DNA of 64,000 bases from positions 7,012-71,011 of the forward strand of contig DATCLY010000043.1 of NCBI GenBank assembly GCA_036563665.1, in the 5' to 3' direction. This document shows, in pieces, positions 17,961 to 23,903 of this stretch. The stretch is from Gammaproteobacteria bacterium. Lineage in GTDB: Bacteria; Pseudomonadota; Gammaproteobacteria; Steroidobacterales; Rariloculaceae. The translations under genes were made by a program, and so were the position numbers. A model generated the notes under the pieces. It was not told where the DNA came from and made no database searches. It saw only the letters and a program-made list of their open reading frames with translations. Each line of letters starts with the position of its first letter. Position 1 is the first letter of the stretch.

Positions 17961-19207
17961 CGGACGCCGAGCGCGAGCTTCGCGAACGCCTGCGCCGCAT
18001 GAAGCTCGTCGCCACGGGGCTCCTCGTGGCCATGGCGGGGCTCTACGTCGTCACGAGCCTCGCGCTCGCGCGCTACCCGGCGCTCGGCTGGGTGCGCGCC
18101 TTCGCGGAGGCGGCCATGATCGGCGGGCTCGCGGACTGGTTCGCCGTCACGGCGCTGTTCCGCCGCCCGCTCGGGCTGCCGATCCCGCACACGGCCATCG
18201 TGCCCACGCGCAAGGACGAGATCGGGCGCGCGCTCGCCCGCTTCGTTCGCGACCATTTCCTCGTGCGCGAGGCCATCGAGCGCCGCCTGGCCCGCGTGGA
18301 CCTCGCGAGCCGCATCGGCGCGTGGCTCGATCAGGAGGCGACGGCCGCGCGGCTCGCGCGCGACACGAGCCGCGCGCTCGACTGGTCGATGCAGGCGGTG
18401 GACAGCGCAGAGCTGCGCACGGCCGTGAAGGACAGCCTGCGCGAGGCGCTCGACCAGGCGCCGCTGCACGTGGCGCTCGCCCTGCTCGTCGACGTGCTGC
18501 GCTCGGAGAATCACGCCCAGGCGCTCATCGACCAGCTCGTGCAGTTCGGGCGCGACCAGCTCGACGCGCACCGCGACGACATCCGCCGGCGCATCGGCGA
18601 GCGCAGCCCGTGGTGGCTGCCCAAGTTCGTGGACGAGCACATCTACGATCAGCTCGTGGGAGAGTTCGAGCGGATCCTGAACGAGATCGGCACCAACCCC
18701 GAGCACCCGGCGCGCGTCGGCCTAAACGAGCGGCTCGAAACCCTGCGGCGCGGCCTCGCGGAGGACCCGGCCCTCATCGAGAAAGCGCGCGCGCTCCAGC
18801 ACGAGTTCCTCGAGCACCCGACGGTGCACGCGTACGTGCGCGACCTCTGGGACCGCATCCGCGCGTACCTGCACGAGTCGTTCACGTCGCCGCAGTCCAC
18901 GCTCCGGACGGGGCTCGAGCGGGAGATCAGGAGCATCGGCCGGTCGATCGCCGCGGACCCCGAGGTGGGCGCGCGGCTCAACCACTGGCTCAAGGAAGGG
19001 CTGATCTATCTCGTCGAGAACTATCGCAACAGCCTGTCGGAGATCATCTCCGAGACCGTGGCGCACTGGGACCCGAAAGCCACCGCCGCCCGCGTGGAGC
19101 TGCACATCGGCAGCGACCTGCAGTACATCCGCGTGAACGGCACGCTCGTGGGCGGGCTCGTGGGCGTGCTGATCTACGCGGGCTCGCGCGCGCTCGCCCT
19201 CTCCTGA
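17957..19207 (+). CDS. DUF445 family membrane protein
   Basis: AEAAMIGGLADWFAVTALFRRP, IPHTAIVP and [20 protein letters not shown] 17957 overlaps the pyrF stop. Confidence 0.92.
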   Translation: MTDAERELRERLRRMKLVATGLLVAMAGLYVVTSLALARYPALGWVRAFAEAAMIGGLADWFAVTALFRRPLGLPIPHTAIVPTRKDEIGRALARFVRDHFLVREAIERRLARVDLASRIGAWLDQEATAARLARDTSRALDWSMQAVDSAELRTAVKDSLREALDQAPLHVALALLVDVLRSENHAQALIDQLVQFGRDQLDAHRDDIRRRIGERSPWWLPKFVDEHIYDQLVGEFERILNEIGTNPEHPARVGLNERLETLRRGLAEDPALIEKARALQHEFLEHPTVHAYVRDLWDRIRAYLHESFTSPQSTLRTGLEREIRSIGRSIAADPEVGARLNHWLKEGLIYLVENYRNSLSEIISETVAHWDPKATAARVELHIGSDLQYIRVNGTLVGGLVGVLIYAGSRALALS

Positions 19208-20880
19208 TCCTGCGCCGCGCGCGCCTTGAGCTCGCGCCGCAGCACCTTGCCCACGTTGCTCTTCGGCAGCTCCTCGATGAACTCGACGTAGCGCGGCACC
19301 TTGTATGGCGTGAGGTGCTCGCGGCAGTGCGCGAGCACGTCCTCGCGGGTGACGGTGGGGTCGGAGCGCACCACGAAGAGCTTCACGGCCTCGCCGGAGC
19401 CGCGGTCCGGCACGCCCACGGCCGCCGCCTCGACCACGCCCGGATGCCGCGCGACGACGTCCTCCACCTCGTTCGGATACACCTTGAAGCCCGAGACGAC
19501 GATGACGTCCTTCTTGCGGTCTTCGATGTAGAGGAATCCGGCCGGATCCATGCGCGCCAGGTCGCCGGTGCGCAGCCACCGCCCCGGGAAGAACACGGCC
19601 TCGGTCTCCTCCGGCCGGTTCCAGTAGCCCGCCATGACCTGCGGCCCGCGGACGCAGAGCTCGCCCACCTCGCCGAGCGGCAGGTGATTGCCCTCGTCGT
19701 CGCAGATCGCGACGTCGGTCGAGGGGAACGGCAGGCCGATCGAGCCGTTGAACTCCTTCAAATCCAGCGGATTGCCGGAGACGATGGGCGACGCCTCCGT
19801 GAGGCCGTAGCCCTGCGCGATCGGCACCCCGGTCACGCGCTGCCAGCGCTCGGCCACCTCGCGCTGCACGGCCATGCCGCCGCCCATGGCCACGCGCAAC
19901 GCGCTGAAGTCGAGCTCGGCGAAACCCGGCGTGCGCAGCAGCGCGTTGAACAGCGTGTTCACGCCCGTCATGAACGCGAAGCGCACCTTCGCGAGCTCGC
20001 GCACGAAGCCGCGCGTGTCGCGCGGGTCGGTGATCAGCAGGTTGTGCCCGCCGAGCTCCATGAAGCAGAACAAGTTCGCCGTGAGCGAGTAGACGTGGTA
20101 GAGCGGCAGCGGCGTCACCACGACCCCCGCGTCGTGCTCATAGAACGGCCGGGCCCATGCGGCCGCCTGGAGCGTGTTCGCGACCAGGTTGCGATGCGTG
20201 AGCATCGCGCCCTTCGAACGGCCCGTGGTGCCGCCCGTGTACTGCAGGAATGCGATGTCGCTGCCTCGCGACTCCACCGGCGTGAAGGCGCGCGCGGCGC
20301 CCTGGCGGAGCGCGTCGCGGTAGCGGATCGCCCCCGGCAGGCGCCATTCCGGCACGAGCCGCTTCACGTGCTTCACGGCGAGGTTCACGATCGCGCGCTT
20401 CGGGAACGGAAAGAGGTCGCCGACCTCCGTGACGATCACCGTCTCGACGGCCGTGCCCGCGAGGGCGTGCTCGACGGTGTGCGCGTAGTTCTCGAGCACC
20501 ACCACCGCCCGCGCCCCGCTGTCCGCGAGCTGCACCTGCAGCTCCGGCGCGGTGTAGAGGGGATTGGTGTTCACCACGATCATACCGGCCCGCAGCACGC
20601 CGAACACCGTCACGGGCGACTGCAGCAGGTTCGGCAGCATGACGGCCACGCGGTCGCCACGCTGGAGCCCGGGCAGCCCTTGCAGGAACGCGGCGAACGC
20701 GCGCGAGAGCCGGTCCACCTCCGCGAACGTGAGCGTCACGCCCATGTTGGTGAACGCCGGCCGGTCGGCGAAGCGCTCGAGGCTCGAGTCGATGAGCGCC
20801 GTGAGCGAAGGGTAGACGTCCGGGTCGATCTCGGCCGGGACGCCGGGCGGGTAGGCCGCGAGCCAGGGCTTGGCCGTCAT
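19174..20880 (-). CDS. fadD: Long-chain fatty acid-CoA ligase
   Basis: KPWLAAYPPGVP start, LQYTGGTTGRSKGAMLTH, QGYGLTEASP, WLRTGD and PKSNVGKVLRR. Confidence 0.95.
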   Translation of the reverse strand: MTAKPWLAAYPPGVPAEIDPDVYPSLTALIDSSLERFADRPAFTNMGVTLTFAEVDRLSRAFAAFLQGLPGLQRGDRVAVMLPNLLQSPVTVFGVLRAGMIVVNTNPLYTAPELQVQLADSGARAVVVLENYAHTVEHALAGTAVETVIVTEVGDLFPFPKRAIVNLAVKHVKRLVPEWRLPGAIRYRDALRQGAARAFTPVESRGSDIAFLQYTGGTTGRSKGAMLTHRNLVANTLQAAAWARPFYEHDAGVVVTPLPLYHVYSLTANLFCFMELGGHNLLITDPRDTRGFVRELAKVRFAFMTGVNTLFNALLRTPGFAELDFSALRVAMGGGMAVQREVAERWQRVTGVPIAQGYGLTEASPIVSGNPLDLKEFNGSIGLPFPSTDVAICDDEGNHLPLGEVGELCVRGPQVMAGYWNRPEETEAVFFPGRWLRTGDLARMDPAGFLYIEDRKKDVIVVSGFKVYPNEVEDVVARHPGVVEAAAVGVPDRGSGEAVKLFVVRSDPTVTREDVLAHCREHLTPYKVPRYVEFIEELPKSNVGKVLRRELKARAAQDQERASAREPA

Positions 20881-20890
20881 GCCGGAGGGC

Positions 20891-21505
20891 TCAGAGCAGC
20901 CCCTCGAGAACGCTCCACACGTTCTCGAGCATGCGCGGCTGGCCGGCCGCGTTCGGATGGATGCCGTCCGCCTGCATGAGGCTCGGGTCGAGCGCCACGC
21001 CTTCGAGCAGGAACGGCACGAGGGGCACGTCGTAGCGCTCCGCGAGCTCCGCGTAGACGTTGGCGAGGGCGGTGGTGTAGGCGCTGCCGTAGTTCGGCGG
21101 CAGCCGGATGCCGGCGAGCAGCACCATCGCGCCGTGGGCCTGGGCGAGCTCGATCATGCGCGCCAGGTTGTCGCGCAGCGTCTGCACGGGCAGGCCCCGG
21201 AGGCCGTCGTTGCCGCCGAGCTCGATGATCACCCACGCGGGCGCGTAGGTCTCGATGAGCTTCGGCAGACGCGCGAGGCCGCCGGCCGAGGTGTCGCCGG
21301 CGATGCTGGCGTTCACGACCTCATATTCGTACCCTTGCGTGCGCAGGCGCTCATCCAGCATCGCTACCCAGGATTGCTCCGCGGCCAGCCCGTAGCCGCT
21401 GCTCAGCGAGTCGCCTACCACGACGATCGTCGCCTCGGCCCGCGTGAGCGCGGGCGTGGAGATCAGTGCGGTCGCCGCCGCGGCCGCGAGGAAGAGTCGA
21501 CGCAT
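20891..21505 (-). CDS. tesA: Arylesterase / acyl-CoA thioesterase I (GDSL-SGNH)
   Basis: Signal peptide, VVGDSLSSGYG, NASIAGDT, ELGGNDGLRG and DGIHPN. ATG at 21505. Confidence 0.95.
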   Translation of the reverse strand: MRRLFLAAAAATALISTPALTRAEATIVVVGDSLSSGYGLAAEQSWVAMLDERLRTQGYEYEVVNASIAGDTSAGGLARLPKLIETYAPAWVIIELGGNDGLRGLPVQTLRDNLARMIELAQAHGAMVLLAGIRLPPNYGSAYTTALANVYAELAERYDVPLVPFLLEGVALDPSLMQADGIHPNAAGQPRMLENVWSVLEGLL

Positions 21506-22202
21506 GAGCACCCGAGAGGATTTGCTGCGAGCCGAGAGCTTGACGAAAAAGGTTACCAGCCCCGAAGGCGAGCTGACCATCCTCGACGACGTGAGCCTCG
21601 CCATCGCGCGGGGCGAGACCGCGGCCATCGTGGGGCCTTCGGGCGCGGGCAAGTCGACGCTGCTCGCGTTGCTCGCGGGCCTGGACGAGCCGTCGTCCGG
21701 GCGCGTGTGGCTGAACGGGGTGGAGCTCACGGCGCTCGACGAGGACGGGCGCGCGGCGCTGCGCAATCGCGAAGTGGGCTTCATCTTCCAGTCGTTCCAC
21801 CTGTTACCGTCGCTCACGGCGCTCGAGAACGTGCTGCTGCCGCTCGAGCTCGCCGGCGCCGCCCATGCGGCCGAGCGCGCGCGCCGGGCGCTCGCCGAGG
21901 TGGGCCTCGAGCACCGTCTCAAGCACTATCCGCGGCAGCTCTCCGGCGGAGAGAAGCAGCGGGTCGCCATCGCCCGCGCGTTCGTGACGGAGCCGTCGCT
22001 GCTGTTCGCGGACGAGCCTACGGGCAACTTGGACAACAAGACGGGCGCCCGGATTCTGAACCTGCTGTTCGACCTGAACGCCGCCGCCGGCACCACGCTC
22101 GTGCTCGTCACCCACGACCTCGACGCCGCCGCCCGCTGCAACCGCATCATCGAGCTCGCCGCCGGCCGCATCGCCTCCTCCACCGCCCCCGCGCCCGCGT
22201 AA
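21504..22202 (+). CDS. ybbA: YbbA-type ABC transporter ATP-binding protein
   Basis: GPSGAGKSTLL, VGFIFQSFHLLP, LSGGEKQRVAIARA and LFADEPTGNLD. Divergent and overlapping with tesA as in enterics. Confidence 0.9.
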   Translation: MSTREDLLRAESLTKKVTSPEGELTILDDVSLAIARGETAAIVGPSGAGKSTLLALLAGLDEPSSGRVWLNGVELTALDEDGRAALRNREVGFIFQSFHLLPSLTALENVLLPLELAGAAHAAERARRALAEVGLEHRLKHYPRQLSGGEKQRVAIARAFVTEPSLLFADEPTGNLDNKTGARILNLLFDLNAAAGTTLVLVTHDLDAAARCNRIIELAAGRIASSTAPAPA

Positions 22203-22300
22203 GCGGCTCGCCCCTGGGGCCGGCGTCCGCAGGCGGGCCTGTGGACGGCTTGCTGCGTGGCTCGACGGCCGAATGTGAAGACGATTCGGCGACAGCGGCA

Positions 22301-22419
22301 GGCGGACCTGCCTGACCTGGCCCCATGCGGGGACGGCGTGAATCCATCCCTGGAGCCTCGCGCGGCGCACGTCCTGTGCGCCGCGCGCCCCGCATGGGGC
22401 CAGGTCAGGCAGGTCCGCC
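22301..22419 (+). repeat. 119-bp hairpin/MITE-like element A: 32-bp perfect inverted repeat around a 55-nt structured core
   Basis: GGCGGACCTGCCTGACCTGGCCCCATGCGGGG (22301-22332) / exact reverse complement (22388-22419). Core contains TCCA-TCCC-TGGA and a 12-bp CGCGCGGCGCAC/GTGCGCCGCGCG stem. No target-site duplication seen. Confidence 0.85.
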
Positions 22420-22560
22420 GATCCCGACCCGCGTCCCGCGCCCCGGTTTCGTGCCGCCGAAGACGAGGACCGCGAGAGACACGCCGCGGCAACACCGAGC
22501 GCCCGACGCGCCACCGACGCCTACGCGCGACACTGCACGGACGCCCAGCGCGAGCGCGCA

Positions 22561-22631
22561 GACGTCTCAGCGCGGCGCGGACGTCCAACGCGACGCCCCG
22601 CGGACGTCAAACGCGACGCGCTGCAGACGTC
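22561..22631. repeat. Degenerate ~23-bp tandem repeat with GACGTC cores
   Basis: CGCGGACGTCCAACGCGACGC (22576-22596) and CGCGGACGTCAAACGCGACGC (22599-22619). GACGTC at 22561, 22580, 22603 and 22626. Confidence 0.6.
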
Positions 22632-22647
22632 GAAGAGGCGACGTGGA

Positions 22648-22742
22648 TCGCGATGGCCTGCTCCAGGGCGCTCGCGCGCAGGGATGCGCGCGCGCGAGCT
22701 ACAGGGACGTATTCACCGCGTCCCTGGAGCAGGCCATCGCGA
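22648..22742 (-). repeat. 95-bp hairpin element B: 21-bp perfect inverted repeat around a 53-nt core homologous to element A (opposite strand)
   Basis: TCGCGATGGCCTGCTCCAGGG (22648-22668) / CCCTGGAGCAGGCCATCGCGA (22722-22742). The minus-strand core ACGCGGTGAATACGTCCCTGTAGCTCGCGCG...GCATCCCTGC aligns with the element A core. Confidence 0.85.
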
Positions 22743-22896
22743 GCCGCGTCGCCGCCCGCGATGAGGTCGACCGCGTCGCACCCGCCAGCGCCCACCCGCG
22801 TCGCGCCTGCGCACACGTCCACCCGTCGCACGCGCCACACGCAGGCGCGTCGCGCTCGGACACGCAGGCGCAACGCGCGACGAAGCAAGGAGAAGG

Positions 22897-23871
22897 TCAG
22901 ACGACGCGGCGGAGGCGCTCGCCGCGGAGGTAGGCGGCGATGTTCTCGGTGACCTGGTCCAAAGCGCGCTGGCGCGCCTCCTTCGCCGCCCAGGCGATGT
23001 GGGGCGTCACGATGAGGTTCGGCAGCTCCGCCGCCGCGCGCAGCAACACGTCGTCGGGCGTCGGCGGCTCCGTCGGGAGCACGTCGATGCCGGCCCCGGC
23101 GAGGCGCCCTTCCCGCAGCGCTTCGACCAGCGCCTCGTTGTCGACCAGCGCCCCGCGGGCCGTGTTGATCAGCAGCGCGTCGCGCTTCATGCGGCCGAGC
23201 TCCGCCCGTCCGATCATGTGGTGCGTCGCCTCCGTCAGCGGGCAGTGGAGCGTCAGCACGTCCGCCTGCTCGAGCACCGTCTCGAACGGCACGCGGCCCG
23301 ACGGCACCTGGTCGGGCGCGAGCCCGCGGCGCGCGGCCACGGCCAGGCGCATGCCCAGCGACTCCCCGAGCCGCCCCACCGCCTGCCCGAGCGAGCCGTA
23401 GCCGATGATCCCGAGCGTCCGTCCCGCGAGTTCGCGGATCGGGTAGTCGAACAGCGCGAAGGAGCGGCTGCGGGTCCACTCGCCGCCCACGACCAGCGCG
23501 TGATACCGGCCGACGTGCTGCGTGAGCCCGAGCACCAGCGCGAACACGTGCTGCACCACCGAGGTGCTGCAGTAGTCCCGGATGTTGGCGACGGCCACGC
23601 CGCGCTCGCGGGCGACGGCGGTGGCCACGTTGTCCGTGCCCGTGGCCGACACGACGATGAGCTCGAGGTCCGGAGCCCCGGCGATGGCGTCGCCGCTGAT
23701 CGGCGCCTTGTTGGTGATGGCGATCTTGCAGTCGCGGATCCGCTCCGCCACCTCCGCGGGCGTCGAGTACGGGTAATACTCCGCATCGACCAGCGCATCG
23801 AGCTTGCCGGTATCGATCCCGGGCCCGAGCGTGGCGGCGTCCAAAAAGACGGTTTTCGGTCGGGTCGCCAT
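22897..23871 (-). CDS. hprA: D-glycerate / hydroxypyruvate reductase (D-2-hydroxyacid dehydrogenase)
   Basis: VFLDAATL, ITNKAPI, SATGTDNV, ELAGRTLGIIGYGSLG, LHCPLT, INTARGALVD and TPHIAW. ATG 23871 within the long ORF 22897..26805. Confidence 0.9.
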   Translation of the reverse strand: MATRPKTVFLDAATLGPGIDTGKLDALVDAEYYPYSTPAEVAERIRDCKIAITNKAPISGDAIAGAPDLELIVVSATGTDNVATAVARERGVAVANIRDYCSTSVVQHVFALVLGLTQHVGRYHALVVGGEWTRSRSFALFDYPIRELAGRTLGIIGYGSLGQAVGRLGESLGMRLAVAARRGLAPDQVPSGRVPFETVLEQADVLTLHCPLTEATHHMIGRAELGRMKRDALLINTARGALVDNEALVEALREGRLAGAGIDVLPTEPPTPDDVLLRAAAELPNLIVTPHIAWAAKEARQRALDQVTENIAAYLRGERLRRVV

Positions 23872-23903
23872 GGCGACCAAGCTTACACCACGGCGGCGCG
23901 CGC

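Noticed and set aside
22561-22631. Possible mini-CRISPR array
   Set aside because: Repeat units are adjacent with no unique spacers of 25-45 nt, and there are no cas genes.
22257-22952. ORFs 22257..22952, 22325..22933 and 22607..23479 across the ybbA-hprA gap
   Set aside because: Low complexity, no recognisable motif, no SD, and they run through long inverted repeats; treated as non-coding.
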